This document shows, one piece after another, positions 21,980 through 34,598 of a stretch of DNA of 64,000 bases. Made by a program: the position numbers and the translations under genes. The notes under the pieces are model-generated. The model did no database searches. It was not told the DNA's origin and saw nothing but the letters and a program-made list of their open reading frames with translations. The stretch is from Spizellomyces punctatus DAOM BR117 (taxonomy: Eukaryota): assembly GCA_000182565.2 (NCBI GenBank), contig KQ257453.1. One strand, given 5' to 3'. How positions within the stretch are numbered: the first letter of the stretch is position 1; the number at the start of each line of letters is the position of its first letter.

Positions 21980-24123
21980 GGTGTCGGTAGTGCTGTCTTT
22001 TATGCTCGCACGTCTGCTTACTGATTGACTTGAGAGTTGCTGACAGAGGAGTACTTTCATGGGAAAATGGGGGATTCGGAACGCGACCTGTTTTTATAGA
22101 GGGAAATGGCAAAGTGAGGCATTGGCACATCTGGCCTGGCGCAATACGGTCCGGCGTCGAGTAAGCCCCTCCGACCGCGATGCGTCAGGGTGGAGAAACA
22201 ATTTCATGAGGTGACCTCCACATGAGCGTATCGAGCAGCATCGTGCGGAACCGGTCGCGATTTCGGACATATTCTCACACACATTCATCTTGCGGGAACG
22301 AAGACGACGGAAAAAATCCCAGTACGTAAGGTATGCATCGATCAAGGGGCTCGTTGATCCTTGACTGCCACAAATTGCGGATATCCACCGCGTTCTCTCG
22401 TCATCAATACGATGTAAAGTGTCGATGAACGGACACTCAGCAACGTTAAGCACGTCAAGTGCCTCCAACAGTCCCTGAAGAGATTCCATCATCTTTCATA
22501 TCAGCTCGAAGGCATCATTCATGAGAGATCGAGTGGTCCAGTGGTCGCTTGACAAAATAACCCGCGTGGGCAGGACAATGATCGGAGAGTGGGGGAGCGG
22601 AGACTGTGATGACAGCAGCGGTCTCCCACAGTGATCCCTTGGGTAGCGAAATTAACGCACCTTACTTAGCGCTTAGCATTTGATGCTGGCTGACGTAAGA
22701 TTGGGAGACTTTCAAAATAAACGTGTTGCTCGCGAGAGAATATTGCTATAATGCCTTTGCTTTGCCTTCCCTCCGAATGCCTACGAATATTTCCCCATGT
22801 AGATGGACTGGTGTCATCCCCGGTGAGAAAACACACGTCTGCATCTCAAGCCGCATACACACTGAATTCAGCCTGGGTTGACTGCCACGTCACCCATCAA
22901 CAGGAGATGACCACTGCTTCTCCAACCCCCGGTAGATTTGTGTCTTTTCCTGCATCATCGCTCGCGTGGCCTTCCGGGGTTCCTTCAAAAATGCACGTAT
23001 GACGAAAACAAAACTGTTGCCAAATACCATCGAACCTCCCTATTACCATTGTAAAGTCCTAAATGAAAGATCTGTAATTTTCCGAGCTTTTGACTTTTGC
23101 CTGTTCTGACATGACCACCAAATAGTCGTAGTTTCATAATAACATTCACTTGGTCAAATTGATCAAGACTTGTTCCAGCGTGCAGTAAGAAAATAATTCA
23201 ATTCAATCGATGAAAGTCAACATGAAGACGAAGAACCACAGAATTACATGCTCTGGGGGATTGGGGTAGAGTGACATGGTGGTAGTCATCATTGGATTGT
23301 AGTGAAATATTATCTCACAATTACCGCCCAAAACTCAAAAGGCAAATGTTTTGCTCATCAGTTTAGCCGCAATGCCAAAAAAGAAATCTCACTTTCCCTA
23401 GTTGACGACAATGAAAAATCAAACCCATATTGTGAGGAAGACATGTATTCTACAATCGGTCCACTGTCCTTGAAGCAACCCACTGTACAGAATGCAAAAG
23501 ACCCGTTTTTAAATTGTGAAGGAAAGTTAATTTTCAACAACAAATTGAGATCGTCTCAACATCACCGACGTGGGTATTTGAACGCACATTGCAAAGAAGA
23601 TAAGATCAATCATTTAGGTCGCCTTATGAACTTGAGTGAGGAATATTGGATGACTACCGAATTCAAAGCCAAAAATGTGCTGACATTTCCTGTGTGAAAC
23701 GTCTCATAGCTCAATCATATTCAAGACGTCCGGCTCAGAAAGAGTGTTGGAGGTAGAACTCATCTTGCGGAGGAATTCTGGTAACTTCAACCGACGATTT
23801 TTAGTCTTGCATGAGAACTTAAAAACATCTCATATTTGTTGATTTTTAAAAGCAAAGTTAAGACATACCTCCTGTGTAAATAGTGAAATCAATTCCGGGC
23901 AAAACTAAATATCACAACGGCCTATTGAAAAACTCCTTCAGAGGGTACGATCAGAGTTATAGTGGCAGGGCAGCATATGACAAACACCGATCAGGCCTCA
24001 GGTCTTCAAGGCAGAGGGTAAGTTTTAACTCAAATGCAAATGTATCGGGCACGTATCACAAGGGTGGACGTTAGAAAATGAACATGCAAATTTCAAAAAA
24101 AAATACCTGGCCAAAGTGTGGAG

Positions 24124-24206
24124 TGACGAGAGTGGGATTTGAACCCACGCCTCCGGAGAGATCAGGGCCTTAACCTGACGCCTTAGACCAACTCGGCCAT
24201 CTCGCC
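24124..24206 (-). tRNA. tRNA-Leu(AAG)
   Basis: GGCGAGATGGCCGAGTTGGTCTAAGGCGTCAGGTTAAGGCCCTGATCTCTCCGGAGGCGTGGGTTCAAATCCCACTCTCGTCA: anticodon stem TCAGG/CCTGA, AAG anticodon, long variable arm, A and B boxes, T-run Pol III terminator at 24095-24103. Confidence 0.97.
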
Positions 24207-24308
24207 ATACAGAATCAAATCTGTCTACTTTATTATATTCTAAATATATATACAACAGTGGACAACTCTGCGAATCTTGCCGTCCGCCCATGACCTCTCT
24301 TGCCCATC

Positions 24309-25208
24309 ATGACAAGCATTGACTTGATAATAAAAATAGGTGGGTCAGTCCTAACAGATAAAACCAGCTACGAAACCCTCAGTCCACGTTCCCTCCTTGA
24401 CCCCCTCTTCGACTCCATCTCCAACCTCCACGCGACGACCAGATTCCTCCTCATTCACGGTGCCGGCTCGTTTGGCCATCCACACGCGCATGCAGCGGGT
24501 CTATCAATAGGGTTTACTCCACCTTCTCCAAAACATGTTTTGGGAGCTGCAAAGACACGACATGCTGTTGCTACGTTGAATAGAATGGTTGTTGGTGAGC
24601 TGATTGATAGGGGGATTCCGGCTGTGTCTGTCAACCCTGGGTCATTGTTGGATGGGAATTGGTCTCGCGGGGAAGGTACAAAACCGGACCCGCCCCCACA
24701 GACTGCTTATACGGCTTTATTGCGACATGTCACTGCGTTGATAGACGCTGGATACATCCCGGTCTTACATGGAGACGTGGTATCAAGTCCATTGTTTGGA
24801 TCCATGATACTGTCTGGCGACGATTTGATAGTAGCTTTTGCCTATGCACTCAAACCTAGACGAGGTTGTGTATTTCTTACTGATGTAGACGGAATATTTG
24901 ATCGGGATCCTAAAGTCTTTGCTAATGCTGAACTGTTACGAACCATTCATGTGAACCGAAAAACGGGGTCCTCAAATTGTAATTGCGTGACATCCGAGTC
25001 CATAACTGTGGGGAGTGCTGTAGATGTGACAGGTGGCATGTCCAAAAAGCTGGCCTCTGCGATTGCTGTGGTGAGAGGTCCGCTGGAAGATGTGCAATGG
25101 AATTGTCGGGTGGTGCTGGTAAAGGCGGGTAGTGATGATGCAAGCAAAGCGTTGGCTGGTGACTTACTCAATATTGGGACAACCATGTTAGGCGATGATC
25201 AGGCGTAA
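24309..25208 (+). CDS. IPK: Isopentenyl phosphate kinase (amino acid kinase family)
   Basis: IIKIGGSVLTDK, IHGAGSFGHPHA (IPK-specific His), IPVLHGDVV, ILSGDDL, FLTDVDGIFDRDP, DVTGGMSKK. Intronless. Confidence 0.88.
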   Translation: MTSIDLIIKIGGSVLTDKTSYETLSPRSLLDPLFDSISNLHATTRFLLIHGAGSFGHPHAHAAGLSIGFTPPSPKHVLGAAKTRHAVATLNRMVVGELIDRGIPAVSVNPGSLLDGNWSRGEGTKPDPPPQTAYTALLRHVTALIDAGYIPVLHGDVVSSPLFGSMILSGDDLIVAFAYALKPRRGCVFLTDVDGIFDRDPKVFANAELLRTIHVNRKTGSSNCNCVTSESITVGSAVDVTGGMSKKLASAIAVVRGPLEDVQWNCRVVLVKAGSDDASKALAGDLLNIGTTMLGDDQA

Positions 25209-25693
25209 GACATACCCGTGTGCTCTAGCATAAACGCAGGAAAACCATACTATGGGAGATATAATACACTAGATTTACAACAAAATCATGATTCTCCTCG
25301 CAACTCGATCCCTGCAGAGGCCAATAGGTCGATGTACTTTCTATTATGAGATATCTGTTGCTCCCATAGATTACGTAGGCTGTTGTCGCAAGCTTGAAGC
25401 CAGCGGTTGTTGTCGTCCGACTAGTTTTGCGGATAGAGTCCACCAACGGTCGCGCCCTCAGTGCAAGTTCATATATATCGCTCCCGGCGTATCATATATT
25501 CTGTATACCGGCATTTTCTATCAAAATGTCTTAGTCTTCATTACCGTATGAACTCTGAAAGAGTGGCAGAAGAAAGTCCCAGAGTCGATAGGGTTAGGGT
25601 TAGAGATGAGATTGGAGTGCACTCGAATGCCTCATTGGCCAGCGGTTGAAGGCTCTTTGAGGTCGTCGCGGCGTGTGGGGTAACAGGATCAAC

Positions 25694-26816
25694 ATGCACG
25701 TCCGCATGAACATAATAGGGCCGTGTGCAAGGCGGGGATTAGGGGCAGGTACGTGCTTCGCTATTCAGGATACTGTGTACTTTGTGGACTCAAAAAGGTT
25801 TCGGTATGGCAGTTTCAAGGTCCTGTCCAAGGTCTGGACGACCAACACTCTCTCAATCCCTCGTCCTATCCATCCGTCTCAACTCCACGCCACCCTCCGA
25901 TAACGCACTTCCGGCATCCGAGGTCCCATCCCCGCCAAAGTCATTTGGCAACCGAACCGCCGAAAGTACCCTCGAAAGCTCGCTTCCACCTCTCTCATCC
26001 CCATCAACGCATGTGGACCCCATATCAGCATCATTATCCATGTTGGGTGGAAACACGACGTTTAATACTGCGAGGTATGCGCAAATGCTGCAAGCGGAGG
26101 GATTTACGGCTGCTCAGAGTGATGCAGTATTGGCGTTAGTAACCGAGGCTGTCTCTGAGAGGTACGTTTCTCTAAGCTGTTGGGTGATACAAGTGGAATA
26201 AAGCTCATCCAAAGAACAGCATGGAGAACGTCGCCCGCTCCATGGTCACAAAATCCGAGCAAACTGCCGAGCTAACAGACGCTGAATCCGATTTCACCCA
26301 ACTTCGCTCCGAAATCCACACCCTCGAGAAAAGGGACTTTGCCATCCTCCGCGCCGAACTCGAACGCATACTCCAAGAAGTGGATCGTATGAAATCCAGC
26401 ATGCGCGAAGAAGTATCGCGCGTGCATGGTGGGGTGCGGCTAGATATTAATTTGGAAAAGGCGAGAATACAGGATGAGGCTGGGCAGTTGAGGGATATGG
26501 TGGTCAAGGCTGAGGAGAGGATTGATAAGGAAATGGAGAGCTTGACCAACCGGATGGTGCAGATTCGGGAGGGCACCAAGGCGAGCTTAAAACGTGAGTC
26601 CTACATTATTGACTGCTGCCTAAACTTGTTGATCTGAACGTATTGTTTATTACCACCTCCTTCCAGAGTTTATGGGAATTGCCTTCACGGCGTTTTTAGG
26701 TATGAGTCTCCCTGCATCTCTATGTCTCCTGCTACAACCCCAAATTAACCAGCACTTCAATTCTGCTATATAGTCTATAAACTTATCAGCTACCAACAAC
26801 AACAAAAGAACCGATA
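25694..26816 (+). CDS. DUF1640 / CCDC90 / MCUR1 / FMP32-like mitochondrial coiled-coil protein
   Basis: FNTARYAQMLQAEGFTAAQSDAV..DFTQLRSEI..GGVRLDINLEKARI, a basic N-terminal presequence and a short C-terminal hydrophobic segment. About four introns. Confidence 0.85.
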
Positions 26817-29275
26817 AAATTGTTTACTTTGTCTAATTTTGACTATTAGTATTTATATATGGTGGTTGCTATTGAATTGCTATATCATACTAGCCAAGTG
26901 CTTTGTGCATATTTGAAGGTAGGATGAGAAACACAAAAAGGCCATGTCGTATGCCTCACTTGCAGGATGCATCTTGACTGCATATAATCAATGAACAAGC
27001 TTTTGAAAATCCCATGCTTGCGAACGAAGGATAGGGAGCAACGGATTGTTCTAATACCATTTCTCATCATCCATTCGTCCTTTCCTCTTTATTTGCCCGA
27101 TATTAGCGGTGATGGATAGATCTCCCTAATAAACTTGTACCCCACCTTCTCAGCTCCTGCATCCAGTTCACATCTTCGATGCAACATCCATACGCAACAA
27201 GACGATCCATGATCCCTTTTAGCGTACACACTTGGCCTAAATCACCATTGTGCTTCGTTTAGAATGTAATCTCATTACACCAATTATCTGGAATTCATAT
27301 AGGGAAGCGAAAAGCTTGTTGCCATATCGCTCATATCATTCTGTTTTTACGTCGTATAGGATCTTTTTTAATGCCTTGAACAAGATGCATATGCATTATC
27401 TGAACCAAACTCCTCGGGAGGGTCCGTCATAAACAGCTGTACCTTTGCTTAGGTAGAGGTTGGTGGAAACATGAGTGGACACAACGAACACCATAAGAAA
27501 AATGGCTCTAACCATAGATCTACTTAAAATTCTATCGTTCGTTCTTGCATAGTTGAAAAGGAGAGGACTCGCATCTAGGTCGTACCGCCATAGCTTATGG
27601 TTTAGTTAGTTCTTTGATACCTATCAGTTCTTGTTCACTTCTTTTTATTTCTCGTCTATCTATCATGGTTACTTTTTGCTGACTCGTAGCTCTTGTGGTT
27701 CATCCATTACGTTTGGGTATATATCGTAGTGATAGTTACAAAGGAGATTTGGCAGGTCTGGAGGTAGGCGATATTGCTTGGATAGCTGAAAGCAGGGGTA
27801 ATAACCAGTTTCCAGTCTTCTCTCCAGTAGTCATTAATTAAGGGGAGCTGCATCAGCATGCGGTTGTTTGAGGTTCGTCGGGATTTGGTCCTTGTCTCCA
27901 ACCATGCGTATACATAGTGCAGTGCCTGCTGCAATACTTGTCGGCTAGTTTGTAGCACAGGGCTGTTTTTTCCGCAATCAGGGCATCCATATAGTCATGC
28001 AATAGGTTATTAACCTTGCATTTCTCTAAGGTTGCGTCTGTTTCTAGACGCCGTTCTTTGGCGCAGATAAAACCAACCCGGAGGTTCTGTGCTGCAACAA
28101 ACGCCAATCATCTAAAATTGCGCGACCAGTTTGCTTATACAGGCACAAGAATCCTTTTCCTTGTATCGCTTTTATGAGATGAAAATACTTGAGTGGCAGC
28201 TTAAGCATCTGTGTGTTGCCCCCATCGGCACGTTCCTGAATTGGATAACACTACTTTGTATTTCTCTGAGATCGAGATCTTTAATGAGGTAAAGGATAAT
28301 GTGCAGGCCATTGACATAATCTGGAACTTGAGTGAAAGTCAATCAGGTGCATTTGTTTATAAGAGGAACTCACTATCCTCAATGTCTCTTTCGTCCATCA
28401 CAAATTTATTATTCTCGTGGACATTAAAATCATACTCATACCCACACGCTGCATCCTGTTGTAAATCAGTGTGCGTCATGGACTTGGTTTTGAACAGCCA
28501 GCTTACTTGCAGCATTTTTGATAGCCCACAAATACTCTGGGTTTGGCCAGCAGGCACTGTCATGCCGGTCAATTCATTGAAAGGTGTGCGCTAATGCTTC
28601 CCCGCTCAAGTTATCCCCAAGAGCTGTCCCCTCCAGAATTTTGTGGAACGCTGCTAGACTAGCGAGAAAACAAATATATTAGCTTATTGGCTGCGAGGTA
28701 CAAAGCGAGGGTTCGGGAGGAAATTCCTAATATATGTACCGGCTTGGATTTTTCCGATGATGAGGACTAGGAACGTTCTTGCTAGGTGTAAAGAGTTTGA
28801 CCTTTACAGGTTGTATTTAGGGGTACCGCCAAACCACCAGGATTTGTGTTGTATCACATATTGAATATCCCAATGCTGTGGCATTCATTTTCAACCGGCT
28901 CATGTTACGTTTCAAGACGTGCCTGTAATATACTTTGTTTTTAAAGCAATCTATGGCGTATTGCCATAAAAGAGGATGAAAAGAACATGAAAATCAAAAA
29001 CGTCAGCGGTAACGATAGAATACCATCTCAGTGCCAAAGCATGACGTGAACCCTGCAGGACTTACTACCAGCGACGTCGGAGACGTAAGGGACATGAATT
29101 TTTTGTGTATTGTATAAACGACCATTTCCCCTTTTTTTGGTGAATTCTTGGAATGCAGATACGATATCAAGCATTGAAAAACATCAATGCACGGTACATG
29201 CTACACAAAAAGCTATCAAGGTAATGGAGGAACAGTACTCAAAAAAAATGAATATTATAATGTACATCACAGGGA

Positions 29276-32200
29276 TCATCGTTGGCGTATCATCGGGTAT
29301 GCTACACCAAAAAAGCAACGCACACAATGAATAACACTCCAAACCACAACACAAAAAAAAAGAAAAAACTTACTCAAATTCCGTTTGCGTTCAAGCACAC
29401 CTACTCTCCCCTCCGAATTCCGCACCTCCTTTCTCAAAACATTCAATTCAGAAACCAACATAGCCTGCTGTTGAGTCAAATCCATGTATTCTTGGATCCG
29501 TTTTTCAGTTTGTTTGGTGAGGCGAGTTTGGAGGGTTGTTAGGGTGCGTTCGAGGTGGTCGCGTTGGGTTATTGTTGTTGGTGGGGTGTTTTTTTCGGGG
29601 GTTGGGGGTGTGTGCGGGGGTGTGGTTGGGAGAGAGGTTTGGTGGGTTTTTAGGAGGGTTCGCTGTGTTAAGCATCCGAGTTGGTGGGTAAAGATTGTGT
29701 TTTGTTGTTATATATGTGTAGGATGTCATATGTTTGTTGTGGTGCAATTCGTCGATAGAAAGAAAATAGTAAGCCATCCAATAAACACACAAAAAACTAA
29801 ACCCAATAAAACAAACCTTGAGAGCCGGCACATCCTCAACAACATGATACAACTCCCCCACCTCTTTCCTAACCCTCTCCAAAATCCCTTCCCAAAACCC
29901 GCGTAACGTCCCCTCCTTTTTCCGTTCATTCTCAACCGCCCGAACTCGCATCCGAACCTGCTTCAAAGAGCGTAAAAGTTTATCATGGGTTTCATGGTAG
30001 GCTTCCAATTCTGTATCCATGTCTTTGATAGTGGTGGATAAGGACACGATGTCGTCTTCGCGGGGCTCGACTTGTTTAAAGAGTTCGGCCATTTTGTAGT
30101 CGAGGACGAATTTGAATTTTTCGAGTTCTTGGTTCTTTTTTTTGAGGTCGTAGATGCGTTTGGATTTGTCTTGGATCGTGTCGTCGCGTTCTTGGATCTT
30201 TTGTTTGTGAGGTTATCATTGTTGTTGCGTATCGTAGGAAATGAGTTTATCAAGCCGATCCAAGCATGAGGTTTTGAAAAAGGATCCGTTGCATAGGGTA
30301 TACCACCAAGTAGTAATGTGCGTTTCGTATGTAGTAACCACCGGAAAGCGTGATCGACAAAAGGCATCCGAATAAATGTGCATACAATCATGCAATGACC
30401 AGGCAAAAGACAATACCATAGGCAACAACCAAAAAGAAGAAAACCAACAAAATCAACCACCTGTCCAACCATGTAAACCTCAAAATACCACACAAAAAAC
30501 AAACCTCACGTCGAATCCCCCCAATATCCCTCTCCAAACTCTTAATAATCCCCCCTAACCTCCGTTCCTCATTCACCCGTTTCGCCAACTCCATTTTCTG
30601 CTCCTCTACACCTCGAGTCAGCGCCATAAATTTCGCATGCATAGAAGCATTTTCGGCGCGGATGGAGGCGAGGGATTGGCGTTCGATGGAGAGGAGATGT
30701 TCGTAGTGGGTGGAGAGGTGAAGGATTTCGGTGGTGGTTTCGGTTGAGAGGTCTGTGAGGGTTGCTTCGTGGGTTTGGAGGGCAGTTTGGGAGGTTGCTT
30801 TGAGCTGGTGTTTTTGGTAATCCGGTGTGATGAGGTGTTGTACCCGATGTTTTATAGGTGATTCAGGTGGAATGGGCATTCATGGGGTGTGGTCAACGAG
30901 TGTACACGGCGGTTGATGGGCGTCATGGTTTCCAGGGTAGTAATAGGCATAACGGGTGTAATGGATGAGTACGATACACGAATATATGATAGTTTGCAGC
31001 GTATCAAGGAGGGTCGAAAAATTCCGTTAGTACCCTATCGTAAACACCTTAAAAAAAAGTAAGAGACAAACCTGTTCAATAACTTGAACCTTCTCTTTAA
31101 TCCTCTCCCCAAAAAACCTCTTAACCTCCTCAACCCGTTCCTCATACTCGGATCCCATCCCCTTCATCTGCTCCTCCCACTGCACCTCCATTTGCCGCGT
31201 CCGAGTTTGGAGGGCATTGTATTTAGATGTCACGTCATCGAGTTTAGTGGAAAAGGAGGTTTGGAGGGATGCGAGTTCGGCGGTGTTTGTGGTGCGGGCT
31301 GTGTTGAGGAGGTTGGCGTGGTGAGCTAGGTTTTGGGTGTGTTCGGTGTGAAGGGTGGTTATGGCCTTGGATAATATATGTATGAGGATCGTAATTGGGG
31401 TACATGTGAGATGAGTAACATGGGGGACATACGTTTTTGAGTGTTTCGATTTCTGCACGGTATTTTTCTTCAAGTTCTGTGAGGCGATGTCCATAATTGA
31501 GATCCTTGACACGGAGTTGCGTCTCGTTTTCAGCACGAAGGTCCTAAACAAAACACAAAAGAGGGCAAATCATCAGTTCGCATATTAAAAACAAACAGAA
31601 GAGACATGCCAATACAGCTTCATAAAGTTTACCTCGACTCGCCGTTTCAATTCCGACTGAAGTTTAAAATTATCTTTCAAATCCGATTTCGTGACCAATA
31701 TCTACATCACCACAGAAACCGACACTCAACACTATACACGCACATACCAAAAACCAATTCGGCAACACACGCACATACCTCATCACTAAATCCCCACTCC
31801 TTCTCCCTCTTCCTCTCCCTCTCCACAACCCGAAACACCCACACAAGCCCATCCTCACCACACGTAAATAAATGCTGATCATCATACGAGATGCGGAGGC
31901 GGGTGATGGGTGCGGAATGGAGGGTTTGGTCTGTGTAGTCTATTGGTGCGTCTTGGGGGAAGGGGTATTTGAGGGTGCGGAGGGTACGAGGTGTTGCTGA
32001 TTTATGGGAAAATTGTGGTGAGTAAAGTAACACGATAACGCACAGCATGGGGCTGTTTGTGAAATCAATGACGAAAGAAGACGTACTTGCGAATGCCATT
32101 TTGCCGTTCCGCGAGACTAGGACTTTAAAAGATACTTGTTAGAAACGAACAGACGGCGAAATAGTGCAGAATGGCACAAAATAAAAGAGTACATACTATT

Positions 32201-34598
32201 TGCCAAAGGAACCTTTGTCGAAAACTCTCTCGAGACATGTCCATCACTCACTTCCTAAATATCACCCGCAAAATCACTCATCAACATCAATGAAAAACAG
32301 CAATCCAAAAGACAATAAAAACTCACCCTCAAAACCCCATCTCCACCCACACAATAAACCAACTTTGCATCCGGCGTCACAACCGCTCCCAAAAACACCA
32401 CCCCCTGCACCCGCACTTCCCCCATTTTCTTACTCCCACGCACATCCCAATCATATACAACGCCGTCCATGCCGCAGGAAAGAATGCGGGTGTCGTCGGG
32501 TGACCAGGCAATAGAACGGATTTTGCCATTGTGGCCTTTGAGGTGGGTGATAATGTCTAGTGTCCAGGTGTTGTAAATGAGGATGGTTGAGCCGTGAACG
32601 GCTGCAAAGTACTAAAAAAAGAATCACATCGGTTTGTGTGCTGTTCCTACATTGAGTAAAAAAGCAAATGTTTTACCTGTCCACCATGACTAAAATGACA
32701 CTACCAAAACATCAAAACCCGATCAAAATAAACAAACCATAAAAAAAATCCCACAAAATCATACAACTAAACTCACCTCTCGACACCCTCTCACAGGGGC
32801 CTCCCAATACTGCCGAATATCATCAATCAAGACATTCATGAGCTTCAACCCGTCCGTAAACCCCACCAAAACGTACAACCCACTCGGATGTAACGCGACG
32901 CTAAAAACGAAACCAAAAAAACCAAATTCATACCACCCTTTTTTGGTTCTGTTACAAAAACATGATACATACCTTAAGGGCTCATCAAGAAAATACTTGA
33001 ATACTTCAAGCGAGTTGTCAAGGTAGTTCCATATACGGACGGACCGGTCAGTTCCGCAAGTTGCTAGGAGGGGCTTACGGATGCATGTGTCCATGCCTGT
33101 GATGGAGCCGTGGTGGAAGGGGTGCGTGAGGTAGGTGCATTTGGCATTGTCAGTCTTCATGTCGTGACAGTGTGTCCATGCGCGTGCGTGGAGTTGTTTG
33201 TAAAAAGTCAATGCGTGTTATCAATTCGGTAGGAACGTAATATGTCGCAAGCAAAAAGTTTGTAAAACAGCAAATCAGTACAAACACTCACCATAACAAA
33301 CAAGACAAAACTTCGTACCTCAACCTCCAACCCAACAACAAAAACCTGACTCCCACTCACAACAACCGCAACATCCTCACTCACACTCGTAGCAACCCAC
33401 ACAACCCCAACACCATCCTCAACAACCGTTTCCCGTCGTTTAACCAACCCCGAATCCTCTTTCTCGAAATAAACGAGCACGCCATTGGATGTACCCGCTA
33501 GGACGCCATTGGAGGTGGATTTGAGGGTTGTGATGGAAGGGAGGAGGGTGGCGTGGGGGAGGAGGTAGGCGATTTCGAGGATGAGGTCGCCGGAATCGTA
33601 TAAAAGGAGTTTGGAGTCTTGGGTGCCGGCTAGGATGCGGGTTTCGGAGAGGTAGGTGTGGCAAAGGAGGTTCTTTAAAAAGTCCGTATTATTTGAGTGC
33701 GTGTGAGAGTGGTGGGTGAGAAAGTACAAGACTTTATTATACGTACCTTGTCCGTCTTTTGAGACCACACAACCTTCCACCCCCCCTCACCATGCTTCAG
33801 CGTCCGAAAAACACAATTTCCGGTAACACACACTTGAGTCCCAGCATGTTCAAAAGGGTTGACACTCAAATGACGGATATCCGCATGGGGGGAGCTAACG
33901 GTTTTGTAGGTGCCACGGAGTTTGGCCTTGTCCCAGTCCCAAATGTAGAGTATCCAGTCTGGAAAGGATGATTGGGCGATAATGTGTTTGGAGTCGGGGG
34001 AAAAGGCGAGAGCCATGAATTCCTGTGCGTTAGGAGTGGATGTTTTCAAAGGAAAATTTAAAAGGCTATAAGGCATAGAGTATTAAAATCCTTTGCAACG
34101 ATTTTTCTTACCTTTGCATTGGGATCCCCAGCAACAAGCACCTTTTTCTTTCTCCCATTCACAAAATCATACACCAAGACAGCAGCCTCCCTCTCCATAT
34201 TTCCACCCCCAAAAACACTCGGCCTCGTATCCCCTCCAGCAGTCGGAGGCGTCCCACTCGCACATCGCACCGCAACAGCCACAAGCGACGCTGAGGAACT
34301 GACGGCCATGGCCGTGATACCCTCTCCATCCGTCACATGTAGGAATTTCTGCGTCTTTTGTTCCGTGTTGTAAGAGACGAGTTGGGTTCCGGCGGGATAG
34401 AGGATAATTTGGTCATCAATGTAGGTAATGGGGTTATGGACGTGGGAGCTGATGCCAAAGACGTGGCTAAAATCAAATAATTGGATGATGAGCCATATTA
34501 CACACAATACACACAAGACGAGTTTCTTGTTCTTTTGTATAGATTATTGGTAAGACGATGAATGAATCTTACCTCGGAACCACAGAGGGAATCGACAT
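29276..34598 (-). CDS. CFAP57: Cilia- and flagella-associated protein 57 (WDR65)
   Basis: HVFGISSHVHNPITYIDDQIILYPAG..EQKTQKF, FHHGSITGMDTCIRKPLLATCGTDRSVRIWNY, SVALHPSGLYVLVGFTDGLKLMN and coiled coil QELEKFKFVLDYKMAELFKQVEPRE..QRDHLERTL. Many introns; the 3' end is approximate. Confidence 0.92.

Noticed and set aside
25589-25603. AGGGTTAGGGTTAG telomere-like sequence; also AACCCT boxes near 2033, 2092 and 5301
   Set aside because: Only about two units, too short to call a telomere or a Tbf1/Teb1 site without enrichment data.
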